This document shows, in pieces, positions 12,331 through 24,499 of a DNA stretch of 64,000 nucleotides. Every line of letters starts with the position of its first letter. Positions within the stretch are counted from its first letter, which is position 1. The translations under genes and the position numbers were made by a program. The DNA comes from Mobula hypostoma (Eukaryota): positions 121,334,001 to 121,398,000 of the forward strand of contig NC_086104.1 in assembly GCF_963921235.1 (NCBI RefSeq), in the 5' to 3' direction. Under the pieces are notes generated by a model. The model saw only the letters and a list, made by a program, of their open reading frames with translations. It was not told where the DNA came from and ran no database searches.

Positions 12331-13559
12331 TTAATGTATATAAATAAATAAACAAACATAAATATACAAACAGACCCTCGGTGACCCATCTTTAATTGTG
12401 GATGCATCACTTTGCCCTTGTTTATATTGAATTCCATCTGCCTCTCTCTGAAAAACTTCCCCTCTGATCTGTATCCGCAACAACCTTCCTTGCTCTCCAC
12501 AGCACCATTAACCTGTGTTAGTCACAAACCTAGCAATCATGTCTCCAATATTCACAACTCAGTTGCTAACATATTACACGAGTTACACTGTGGTACGCTA
12601 CAGGTCACAGACTTTAATCCGAAAAGTATTCCCCCCCCCGCCACCCCCAACGAATACTTGCTATCTCTGATCACCAGGCAAAGTTGGATCAAATTATCCA
12701 GTTTGCTCTGGACCAGCCCTCCCTATCAAAGATCTTACCAAAGTGTATGAAGATGACATCTCCCTTACTGCCCTCCTTGATCCTCAGGTACCTCCTCCAA
12801 AAAATTCTGTCAAATTCTGATTGGGTGAAGGATGTCCCCATTCAACGAAGAGCTGAAATGCCTGTATTTCTGCTGCATTATTCAGTGACATTCCAGCCCA
12901 AGAGCTGGTCGGGTTCCATGGTTGTCTCTCGGGGCGTCCCACATAAAGGGAATATCTGGACTCCTGGATGAATGTGAATGTCTGGGTCAGCTGCGTAAAC
13001 ACCACTGGGCCACATTTACCAAGCATGGGCTTTGCTCACCTGGGACTAATTCCAGCCTCTTTCTCAAATCTGTCAGGGATTTGGATGCGGGATTAATGAA
13101 AGTATCTTTCTGGGATGTGAACACCAACTAACCTGGTGTGAAAAGCATCAGTATTGTAAATTTTCTCTTTAGTTGACTTGTATGCAGAGGAAATAGTGTT
13201 GTTCGTTAAATGTTCACAATCCAAATACTGAGAGTATACCAGGTCTCGAGGATTTCAAAACGTATTTTCCAACATTCCGTCTTCTGACGACCATCTAACT
13301 GATGCCAAGCCAGCATGAGACGATTCCTGTGAAAACATCTCACTGCTGCTGGGTTGTTAAAAAAAAATCACTGTTTTATTTGGCAGTGAAGATAATCAGT
13401 GTGTATCATTTTATCATGGGGGGTTTTACAGAATGGAGAGGTATGCCATATGTTCCTCATTGCTGCTAGAAATACAAGAGAGTCTCTACTTTCCTAGATG
13501 TTTGAAGAAATTTGGGCTGTCATTGAAGACATTGACAAACTTCTACAGATAGTTGCAAA

Positions 13560-14410
13560 GAAAATGTTTGTGAACGCTTCGAAATTACCTGTTTTTCTGT
13601 ATTAATTACTCATAAAATGCAGTCTGATCTTCATCTACATCATAATAATTGACAAACACAATCTGCCTAAACTAATAAAACACAAACAATTGTACTTCTC
13701 ATCAATACTGGGTACACCATTTTAAAATCGATAAGATAATATTGGAGGTGTAGGTGGCAGAGGTGCCCTGCCATACAAAGAAGACACATAAAGTCAGGTT
13801 ACTGATAGAGCCTGCTCTTCTCAAGAAAGATCGCTTTAGGTGCACCGTGCCTCGATCAAAGCAACTTTCCAGGGGACTCTAGAAGGAGAACTGTGGAGAT
13901 GCACACAGCTGGAAAAGGTCACAGAAGCATTTCTAAAGACCTGAGTGTTCATCTGTCCACAGTCAGGTAACTTGGCTACAAATGGAGGAAATTCATTACT
14001 GTTGCTACTCTCCCTGAGATTGGGCAAAGATCACACCAAGAGCACAACGTGCAATGCTGAAGGAAGTGAAAAAGAACCCAAGGGTAACAGCAAAACATCT
14101 GCAGAAATCTCTGGAACCTGCTAAAGTCTCTGTTTATGTATCCACTACTGTGTAAGAAATACACTGAACAAGAATGTTGTTTATGGAAGGACTGCTTTCC
14201 AGAAAAAAAAAATTCCAGCATGTCTCAAGTTTGGAAAAGATCACTTGGATGTCCACAATGTTTCTGGGACAATGTTCTGTAGACAGATGAGACAAAAGTT
14301 GATCTTTATGACAGAAGTGCACTGCACAACAACACCAAAACTTCATCCAAAATGTGAAGCACGGTGGAAGGAGCTTCATTGTTTAGGAGCTGCTTTGTTC
14401 CCAGGGCCAC
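13560..14410 (+). mobile_element. Tc1/mariner transposon fragment (5' part of transposase)
   Basis: Degenerate HTH region (gagatgcacacagctggaaaaggtcacagaagcatttctaaag) and ...gttctgtagacagatgagacaaaa (VLWTDETK-like) motif. Confidence 0.8.
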
Positions 14411-14424
14411 ACATGGAGACGGCC

Positions 14425-15190
14425 TCAAATACCATCTATAGATTTGCTGATGATACAACCATTGTTACCAGAATCTCAGATGGTGACGAGAGGACGTACA
14501 GGAACGAGACTCTCCCTGGGATTGGGCAAAGATCACAACAAGAGCACAACATGCAGTGCAGACTCCCACCCCGCACGCTGTTGTCCAACACCTCTTCGAC
14601 TATACTTCATTGAGAGTTTGAAGGGATTTGGTATGTCAACAAATACACTCAAAAACTTCTATAAATGTGCCGTGGAGAGCATTCTGACGGGCTGCATCAC
14701 TGTCTGGTATGTGGGTGGGGGGGGGGGGGGGCTACTGCACAGGACCGAAAGAAGCTGCAGAGGGTTGTAAATTTAGTCAGCTATATCTTGGCTACTATCC
14801 TACAAAGTACCCAGGACATCTTCAAGGATTGGTGTCAGTGACCATTATTAAGGACCTTCAGCTCCCAGGGCTTGCCCTTTTCTCAGTGTTGCCGTCAGGT
14901 AGGAGGTACAGAAGCCTGAAGGCACCCACTCAGCGATTCAGGAACAGCTTCTTCCCGTCTGCCATCCGATTCCTAAGTTGGACCTGTGAAAACTACCTCA
15001 ATTTTAAAATATACATTATTTCTCTTTTTCAGGATTTTTTAATCTATTCAATATACGTATACTGTAACTGATTTACTTATTTATTTAATATTATTATTTT
15101 GTTTCTTCTTCTTCTACATTACGTAGTGCATTGAACTGATGTTGCTAATTTTAAAAATTTCACGATACATCCCGGTGAAATTAAACCTGA
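14425..15190 (+). mobile_element. Rex1/Babar-type LINE 3' fragment
   Basis: RFADDTTIV, FGMSTNTLKNFYKCAVESILTGCITVWY, LPSGRRYRSLKAPTQRFRNSFFPSAIRFL. Confidence 0.85.
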
Positions 15191-15829
15191 TTCTGAATTA
15201 AAACGTGAACTGTGCGGCACTGGTGAAAATTGTAGAACAGAGACACCTAGCGGCAGAGGAATTTAATGCACTAACAGTAGTCATACGGGTAAATAGGGCG
15301 GTGAAGAGGGTGTTTGGCACACTGGCCATCATGTGTCAGGGAACTGTGTACAGGAAGTGGGACGTCATGTTACAGTTCTACAAGACATTTCTGAGACCGT
15401 GCTGGGAGAATTGTGTGAGCTCTGGTAACCCAACAATAGGAAGGATGGAATTAATCTGCAGATGATGCAGGAAAGATGAGGATGTTACCGGGACTGGAGG
15501 TTTTGAGTTAGGTACAAGGATCGGATGAGACCTCGAACTTTTATTGTACCTGGTCTCTCAAGCTTCATTGTGATTCATCAGTAAACATGTGGTTTCCCTG
15601 ACCAGTCACTGATACAGATGGGGACGATGAAATGGAGTTGAGAGTGACCGACAGAGAAAGCAACAAGTTCCTTATCCCTCACCCGCTCTTTCCCTCCCTC
15701 ATTCTATCGACCACTTCCACCGCCATCACCCAATCCCCGTTCGCCACCCTTCCTCCTGCTGCTTTCCAGTCTCCTCACATCCATCTCCGTCCCTCTACAG
15801 TCCCCACCCCAGTTGCCCGAGTAACGGTA

Positions 15830-16011
15830 TGGACTGCATTGGGGAGACGTACAAATTCGAATCTGCGACCGAGCCAGCGCCTCCGCATTCATTGGTAGGA
15901 GGTGGGATATCTAGATGGGCGGGGATTATATGGATAACCAATAGGAGGCCTGAGTGGCGGGGGGGGGGGCGGGGATTACTATGGCGCGAAAATAACCATG
16001 AGCGCGGGAAA
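15830..16011 (+). promoter_or_regulatory. CpG-rich promoter-like cluster: CCAAT boxes, GC boxes, two E2F-type sites
   Basis: ATTGG 15838 and 15891, CCAAT 15938, GGGCGGGG 15917 and 15968, GGCGCGAAA 15983-15991, GCGCGGGAAA 16002-16011; ATG at 15998. Confidence 0.6.
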
Positions 16012-16349
16012 TGTCCATCTGTTGTCAGGAAGAGAAGACTCGGGACTCTACAGCCCCGCGCTGAATGGAGACAACAGATGGAATCTGTATCCATGGATTC
16101 CGGAGAGGCTGCGGGAAATCAGCAGGTACTGCGATGTCTGTGGAGGCAAATTGGACTGTCTACGTTCCCAGTCGGACACTTCCAGTGAGTCAGTCTGAGG
16201 GTTTGCGAGACTGAACAACATCTGTGGGTGTGGGAGAGATGTCCGTGTGTGAGTGAGAAAGATCGACTGTACCCCAGAGGACAGGAAGGGGTTGTGTGTG
16301 AGAGAGACAGAGAGATGGTATGAGACGCAGGGCGGATCAGAATCAGGTT

Positions 16350-18760
16350 TCTTTATAAAGGTGAAATTTGTTGTTTTGCAGAACAGTACAATGCAAAGGG
16401 TTAAAATCTCTAAATAATGCAGAACAAGGTGCTGTTGGCGGTTTGCGCGTCTCCTTTATCTCCGCTCCTTTGGGTTCCTTTCTTCACCTCCTCCGTTGGG
16501 GAAGAAATATTTGTCCGATAACAGGAACCAAAACTGCTCAATACTATAACCGCGGCCTCACCAACGTCTTCAGTACACTGCATTATAACCTCCCAACTCC
16601 TACACCCAGCGCCCTGACAAATGGAGAACAGCGTGATAAGCTCTTCCTTCCCCACCCTGTCTACGTGTGACGCCGCCTTCAGTGAACTATACACGTACTC
16701 CGAGGTCCCTCTGTTCCATTGCAGAAAATAGTCTTCACATTTATTTTCACTACCAAAGTGCATGACCATGTATTTTCCAACATCGGATGTCATTTGTTTT
16801 CTCAACACTAGCTCCCCCTCCACCGATAATCATATCATCTGCAAACTTGGCAACAAAGCCATCTATTCCACATTCTAAATCACTGATATACAGCACAAAA
16901 AGTGTCCAATCTCTGATCCCTGTGGAACAGCACAGCCAACCAGAAAAGAATCCTTTTATTCACAGTCACTGCCTCCTACCACTCGGCCAATGCTCTAACT
17001 ATGCCAGTAACTTTCCTGTAATGACATGTGGTCCTATCTTGCAGCCTGATGTGAGGTACCTTGTCAAAACCCTTCTGGAAGTCCAAATATGCAGCATCCA
17101 CGGCATCCCCTTTATCTATCCTATGTGTAATCTCCTCAAAGAATACAAGCAGGTTTGTTAGGCAAGATTTTCCCTTCAGGAAACCATGCTGACTTTGTCC
17201 GATCTTGTCTGGTGTCACCAAGTACAATGCTTCTTCTGTAATTTTTTGAGGATGTAACTATGAAAATGGACAAGAGAGAGCTAGTGGATGTAGTGTACCT
17301 GGACTTTCAGAAAGCCTTTGATAAAGTCCCACATAGGAGATTAGTGGGCAAAATTACGGCACATGGTATTGGAAAAAGAGTACTGACATGGATTAAAAAT
17401 TGGCTGGCTGACAGAAAACAAAGAGTAGCGACTAACGGGTCCCTTTCAGAATGGCAGGCGGTGACCAGTGGGGTACCGCAGGGTTCAGTGGTGGGACCGC
17501 AGCTGTTTACAATATATATTAATGATTTAGATGAGGGAATTAAAAGTAACATTAGCAAATTTACTGATGACACAAAGCTGGGAAGCAGTGTGAAATGTGA
17601 GGAGGATGTTATGAGAATGCAGGGTGACTTGGACAGGCTGGGTGAGTGGGCAGATGCATGGCAGATGCAGTTTAATGTGGATAAATGTCAGGTTATCCAC
17701 TTTGGTGGTAAGAATGGGAAGGCAGATTATTATCTAAATGGAGTCAAGTTAGGAAAAGGGGAAGCACAATGACATCTAGCTGTTCTTGTACATCAGTCAC
17801 TGAAAGCAAGTATGTAAGTACAGCAGGCAGTGAAGAAAGCTAATGGCATGCTGGCATAGTTATTGTGCTCCTCAGGGCTCTTATATCTTAAGCTCCCTTA
17901 TCACCTCTGGTTCATTACATAACGCCCAATCCAGTATAGCTGATCCCCTAATAGGCTCAATGACAAACTGCTTTAAAAATCCATCTCATAGGCACTCCAC
18001 AATCACCCTCTCTTGGGATCCATTTCCAACCTGACTTTCCAAATTGACCTGCATGTTGAAATCTCACATGACTAACATAACATTGCCCTTTTGACACGCC
18101 TTTCCTATTTCCCATTGTAGTCTATGGTCCACATCACCGCTGCTTTTGGGAGGCCTGGCACCAGGGTCCTTTTACCCTCGCAGTTTCTTAACTCAACCCA
18201 CAAGAATTCAACACCTTCCAATCCTATGTCACATCTTTCTACTAATTGGGTGCCTACTTTCCTATCCCTCCGAGGCAACATGTGACCTTGGTCATTCAGC
18301 TCCCAACTACAACAATCCTCCAGCCATGATTCAGTCATGGCCTCAAGGTCAGATCTAATAATCAGTAATATTGCAACAAGATCATCCACCTTATTTCCTA
18401 TACTACACGCAATTAGATTAAACACCTTGAGTACCGTATTTACTGTCCTTTCCAACTCTGTATCCCCAATGATTTCATACTCAGCTTGTTGGCTGCAACT
18501 ACATCCCATCACCTGCCCACCCCTCCTGACAATCTGACGTGCACCGGTTTCCAACACCCTGCCAAATTAGTTTCATCCTCACCAACAGCTCTAACACACT
18601 GACTGTGAGAACATTGGCTCCCCTCGGGTTCAGGTGCAGCCCGTCACTTTTGAACAGGTCATGCCTCCCGTAGAAGCGACACCAAATATCCAAGAACCTG
18701 AAGCCCTGCCCCCTGAACCAGCTTCTCAGCAAAACCACTTTCTGCTTTCCGTTGCGATCG
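16350..18760. mobile_element. Nested CR1 fragments in both orientations (minus 16350-17210, plus 17225-17850, minus 17850-18760)
   Basis: ORF 17260-17772 VYLDFQKAFDKVPH...SGVPQGSVVGP...KFTDDTKL; minus-strand ORFs match CR1 RT, EN and ORF1 esterase. Confidence 0.88.
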
Positions 18761-18764
18761 CTCC

Positions 18765-19460
18765 CTACGCAACTCCCTCGTCCATTTGTCCCTCCCCACT
18801 GATCTCCTTGCAAGCAGATCTAGTACAACACCTGTCCCTACATCTCCTCCTTCACTACCCTTCAGGGCCCCAAACAGTCAGTGAGCAAGAGCGTCTTCTG
18901 CTCTCTCTGCAAGGAAAGCAGTCGGTCTTCAATCAACATGGGAACATTGACTGGGAGACGCTTCGCCAAGCACCTACGCTCTGTCTGCCAGCAGAAGCGT
19001 GATCTCACAGTGGCCATCCATTTTAATTCTTCTTCCCATTCTGATATGTTAATCCATGGCCCCCTTTACTGTCATGATGAGGCCACACTCAGGTTGGAGG
19101 AACAACACCAGTCATCCCCTGTTACCCCTCTCACCTCATCTCCTTGCTACCATCACCTCCCTCTGGTGCTTCACCCCCTTTTTCTTTCTTCCAAGACCTT
19201 CTGTTCTCTCCTGTTGGACTCCCCATTCTCTAGCTCTGTATCTCTGTTACCAATCAATTTCTCAGCTCTTTAGTTTATCCCTCCCCATCCTGGTTTCACC
19301 CATCACCTTGTGCTTCTCTCTCCTCCTCCCCCACCATTTAAATCTACTCATCATTTTTTTCCTCCAGTCCTGCCAAAGGGTCGGTCCGAAACGTCGACTG
19401 TACTTTTTTCCCACAGATGCTGCCTATCCTGTCGAGTTCCTGCAGCACTTTGTCTATGTT
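18765..19460 (+). mobile_element. Degraded Penelope 3' fragment with mutated hammerhead core
   Basis: Co-linear with 22700-23590; CTGCCAA replaces CTGANGA at ~19370. Confidence 0.8.
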
Positions 19461-20015
19461 GCTCTGAAGAACCGTTTTGTGTTTAAAATTAACATGAAAT
19501 TATATAATTGCTGTTGTTATGTTTATTTTATCTAAATGCAAACAAGGCCACAGCAGCCACTTTATTCTTCCCCTTTCTGATCGACGTCTGAACCTCAGCC
19601 TGCAGGCTTCAATGCATTGAGTTGCTGCCACATGATTGCCTGATCAGATATTTGTGTTAATCAGGTGAAGGTAAAAGTGGCTACTGAGGGCAAATGTATC
19701 ACTCATCTCCCCTGGCCATTTAAGGAGCACCTTGTATCTGCTGCCTATTTCCGGAGCATTGGTAACTGGTTTGCAATTCTCACAAATACCAAGACACAGA
19801 TCACGCGTTCATCTTCTTGGGTATGAGAAGTTTGGTGATGGCGGGACAGAGGTTGTCCTCGAGTCTTGTTGGACCAGTTTCAAATATTTGTATCTTCTGC
19901 TGACGGGTAGTGGAAGAGGAGAGAATGTTCAAGTGCCAAGGGTCCTGAATTCTGCTGTTAGTGGGATCTCACTGTGCGTAGACGCCCCACAACATTCTGT
20001 CTGGTCCAGCCTTTA

Positions 20016-20475
20016 TCACGAGCCACACATTCTGCACCTGCATGTAGAACAGAAGGCCATGTGGAGAGTCTGATCACACGGTGATAGAGGTAGGGAGTGA
20101 TGTTGAGGGAGAGGAGGTGAGATGGGGAGGGGGTTAACAGCTAGACGGGGAACTGAAGAACGGAAGGGGTACAGCGAAGGAACGAATGGTGAGCTCTGGA
20201 ATAGAGATTCTCCAGGAATGGATGTGGTCACTTACCAGAGAAAGAGAAGCACAACCACAGGCACACAGACTCCCACCGTCACTGGGGAACAGAAATATTA
20301 TAATTAGAGCAAATTGAGCAGAAACCGACAGTATAAATGTGGAACAGTCTGTTTACATCCACCCCTCACCGTGCAGTTCCATCTATTCCATTGTGCACTC
20401 TGGATTGGAATCGATGGAACCGGGTGGTCTTGCCGATGTTGTTTGTTGCTCCTTCTGTTCTGATTTGTACATTTA
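20016..20475 (-). pseudogene. Candidate stalk (20370-20475), TM (20236-20281) and tail (20016-20037) exons of an unidentified membrane protein
   Basis: Canonical sites (ctgcag|...ACG|gtgagg; ttccccag|...CTG|gtaagt; atgcag|). The last two splice to xTVGVCVPVVVLLFLW-CRMCGS*. The 106-nt exon is one base off frame relative to this reading. Confidence 0.35.
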
Positions 20476-21261
20476 CTGCAGACACCAGAATGTGTGGTGA
20501 CAATTGCAGGCTGCCCCCTGCACCTCCTTCGGCTGTTAGTCGTTAACACAAACGATGCATTACACTGTATGTTTCAATGTACATGGAACAAACACAGTGA
20601 ATACAAATTCTCCCACCCTATCCCACTGCATTTTGTGTCAAGAAATATATCCATTGCCTTATGTGTCAAGTGAATGTTTTGTACGCAGTGGCACAGGTAG
20701 ACAGGAGTGCTGGCCTTCGTCAGTCAGGAGATTTACAATATTGATCACCCTGCTGTTGGACAGATGCCGTTCAGCTGCAAAGAGAGCCGAGGGGATTTGA
20801 CGATGTTGCCCAGACTCAAGGAACGGAGCTATTGAGAGAAGCTGAACTCGTTGGGATTTTATTCACAGTAGCGCTGGAGACGGAGAGTTGATCTGAGAGA
20901 GGGGCATAAAATTTGAGGGATGCAAATAAGGTGAACACATTCTTCTGAACCCTGAGTTGTGGAATCGAGGAGACAGGGGTTTAAGGTGAAAAGAAACATT
21001 TAAAAGGGAGCACAGGGTTGAGAAAAATCAGCCGCTGTTCAAATAGCAGCACAGACTCAATGGGCTGAATGGCCTTATTCTGCCCCCTTGTCCTCTGTTG
21101 TCAAACTGCCCAGCACTGCAATGGGGAAAAGAGCAGGAGGAGGGGAGAGACCCACTCACTTCTGAGAGTCATTTCAACCTCACCTCGAATTCCCATCAGC
21201 ATAATAATGTCCCACGTTTCTCCTCTTTTGGAGCTGTCCGTCCTGGTGGACACAATCTCAG

Positions 21262-23590
21262 AATCCTTGCGGAATGCAGAGAGAAGGGGGGAGGGAAAGA
21301 TGTGCTTAGTGGTGGGATCCCGTTGGAGGTGGCGGAAGTTACAGAGAATAATATGTTGGACCTGGAGGCTGGTGGGGTGGTAGGTGAGGACCAGGGGAAC
21401 CCTATTCCTAGTGGGGTGGCAGGAGGATGGAGTGAGAGCAGATGTACGTGAAATGGGGGAGATGCGTTTAAGAGCAGAGTTGATAGTGGAGGAGGGGAAG
21501 CCCCTTTCTTTAAAAAAGGAAGACATCTCCCTCGTCCTAGAATGAAAAGCCTCATCCTGAGAGCAGATGCGGCGGGGACGGAGGAATTACAAGAAGGGGA
21601 TGGCGTTTTTGCAAGAGACAGGGTGAGAAGAGGAATAGTCCAGATAGCTGTGAGAGTCAGTAGGCTTATTGTAGACATCAGTGGATAAGCTGTCTCCAGA
21701 GACAGAGACAGAAAGATCTAGAAAAGGGAGGGAGGTGTCGGAAATGGACCAGGTAAACTTGAGGGCAGGGTGAAAGTTGGAGGCAAAGTTAATAAAGTCA
21801 ACGAGCTCTGCATGCGTGCAGGAAGCAGCGCCAATGCAGTCGTCGATGTAGCGAAGGAAAAGTGGGGGACAGATACCAGAATAGGCACGGAACGTAGATT
21901 GTTCCACAAAGCCAACAAAAAGGCAGGCATAGCTAGGACCCATACGGGTGCCTATAGCTACACCTTTAGTTTGGAGGAAGTGGGAGGAGCCAAAGGAGAA
22001 ATTATTAAGAGTAAGGACTAATTCCGCTAGACGGAGCAGAGTGGTGGTAGAGGGGAACTGATTAGGTCTGGAATCCAAAAAGAAGCGTAGAGCTTTGAGA
22101 CCTTCCTGATGGGGGATGGAAGTATATAGGGGCTGGACATCCATGGTGAAAATAAAGCGGTGGGGGCCAGGGAACTTAAAATCATCGAAAAGTTTAAGAG
22201 CGTGAGAAGTGTCACGAACATAGGTAGGAAGGGATTGAACAAGGGGGGATAAAACCGTGTCAAGGTAAGCAGAAACGAGTTCGGTGGGGCAGGAGCAAGC
22301 TGAGACAATGGGTCGGCCAGGACAGGCAGGTTTGTGGATCTTGAGTAGGAGGTAGAAATGGGAAGTGCGAGGTGTGGGAACTATAAGGTTGGTAGCAGTG
22401 GATGCGAGATCCCCTGAGCGGATAAAGTCGGTGATGGTGTGGGAGACAATGGCCTGGTGCTCCTTAGTGGGGTCACGATCGAGGGGTAAATACGAGGAGG
22501 TGTATCACGTACATCTGCTCTCACTCCATCCTCCCACCACCCCACGAGGAATAGGGTTCCCCTGGGCCTCACCTACCACCCCACCAGCCTCCGGGACCAA
22601 CATATTATTCTCCATAACTTCCGCCACCTCCAACGGGATCCCACCACTAAGCACATCTTTCCCTCCCCCCACCCTGCATTCCGCAGGGATCGCTCCCTAC
22701 GCGACTCCCTTGTCCATTCGTCCCCCCCCATCCCTTCCCACTGATCTTCTTCCTGGCACTTATCCGTGTAAGCGGAACAAGTGCTACACATGCCCTTACA
22801 CTTCCTCCCTTACCACCATTCAGGGCCCCAAACAGTCCTTCCAGGTGAGGCGACACTTCACCTGTGAGTTGGCTGGGGTGATATACTGCGTCCGGTGCTC
22901 CCGATGTGGCCTTTTATATATTGGCGAGACCCGACGCAGACTGTGAGACCGCTTTGCTGAACACCTACTCTCTGTCCACCAGAGAAAGCAGGATCTCCCA
23001 GTGGCCACACATTTTAATTCCACATCCCATTCCCATTCTGACATGTCTATCCACGGCCTCCTCTACTGTAAAGATGAAGCCACACTCAGTTTGGAGGAAC
23101 AACACCTTATATTCCGTCTGGGTAGCCTCCAACCGGATGGCATGAACATCAACTTCTCTAACTTCCGCTAATGCTCCACCTCCCCCTCGTACCCCATCTG
23201 TTACTTATTTTTATGCACACATTCTTTCTCTCACTCTCCTTTTTCTCCCTCTGTCCCTCTGAATATACCCCTTGCCCATCCTCTGGGTCCCCCCCCCCGC
23301 CTTGTCTTTCTTCCCGGACCTCCTGTCCCATGATCCTCTCGTATCCCTTTTGCCTATCACCTGTCCAGCTCTTGGCTCTATCCCTCCCCCTCCTGTCTTC
23401 TCCTATCATTTTGGATCTCCCCCTCCCCCTCCAACTTTCAAATCCCTTACTCACTCTTCCTTCAGTTAGTCCTGACGAAGGGTCTTGGCCTGAAACGTCG
23501 ACTGCACCTCTTCCTAGAGATGCTGCCTGGCCTGCTGCGTTCACCAGCAACTTTTATGTGTGTTGCTTGAATTTCCAGCATCTGCAGAAT
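21262..23590. mobile_element. Penelope-like element with inverted 5' part (RT on minus 21262-22500; GIY-YIG and pseudo-LTR on plus 22505-23590)
   Basis: ORF 21587-22144 MDVQPLYTSIPH...GVAIGTRMGPSYA...LRYIDD; ORF 22365-22946 CKRNKCYTC...VIYCVRCSRCGLLYIGET. Confidence 0.93.
23466..23505 (+). ncRNA. Minimal type-I hammerhead ribozyme in Penelope pseudo-LTR
   Basis: agtc-CTGACGA-agggtcttggcct-GAAA-c-GTC-gact; stem I agtc/gact. Confidence 0.8.
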
Positions 23591-24065
23591 TCCTGTTGTT
23601 TGCTTTAATTTTTTCTCGCTTTTCTAATTGTTGCCATTAAATGCCTGAAGACGCACTTAACACATCCGGGACAGCTCCTCCCCCTCTGCCATCCGATTTC
23701 CAAATGGATGTTGCACTTTTATTATTTCTGTTTTTGCGCTGTTTCTTCATGTGACTATTTAATATACATGTATAAAGTTGCTTTAGATCATTTATTTTTC
23801 TATATGTTATCATGTATTACATTGTACTTCTGCTGCTAAGTTAACAGATTTCACGACGTATGTGTGTGATTTTAAAACTGATCCTGAATCTGACTTTGTA
23901 AGTTTTCAATCACAGACCCATTTTACTGAGATTGCTTTACCGCCCTATCAATTGTCTGGAAAGTGGTCTCCATATTCCACTTCTCTGCCGGTATCTGCAT
24001 CCCACTCTATCCTTTGCCAGACTTGTACACAATATTATTCACAATACCAGTGAGCTGTCTACAAA

Positions 24066-24352
24066 CCAAAGTCAAAGTCCTGTCCCGAGCCTTTGTGGCT
24101 CATCAGCCCGGTGCTTATGCCAGTTTCTGTGGCGTGAAGCGACTGAGAGTACGAGACTCTCCACCCTGGATAGCACGCCAGTCTATCGCGAGGTTGACCC
24201 CCAGCATTTTTTGCCGGTACCCATTGTTCAGCTGGGTACACTGGAACATTGTGTGGTTAAGTGCCTTGCTTAAGAACACACGCTGCCTTGTCTGGGCTCG
24301 AACTCATGAACTTCAGGTCACTAGTCGAACACCCAAACCACACGGCCACATG
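24066..24352 (-). mobile_element. tRNA-derived SINE
   Basis: Minus-strand head ggcatgTGGCCGTGTGGtt...GAGTTCGAGCC (A/B-box-like) and a short repeat tail. Confidence 0.7.
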
Positions 24353-24499
24353 CCACAAACCACTCAGCTATATTCTCATCCAAGTCATTGCTATTATCAC
24401 CAACAGTGACCCAGAGAGATCCCTGCGGAATACCAGTACACATGGGTCTCCCGCCTCTACTCTGACTTCTATGAAACCAAATGGCCAATTCACTGTGGA

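Noticed and set aside
12600-13130. Unique-looking GC-moderate block with several short ORFs
   Set aside because: No recognisable motif or consistent splice signals; probably an old TE fragment; cannot be supported.
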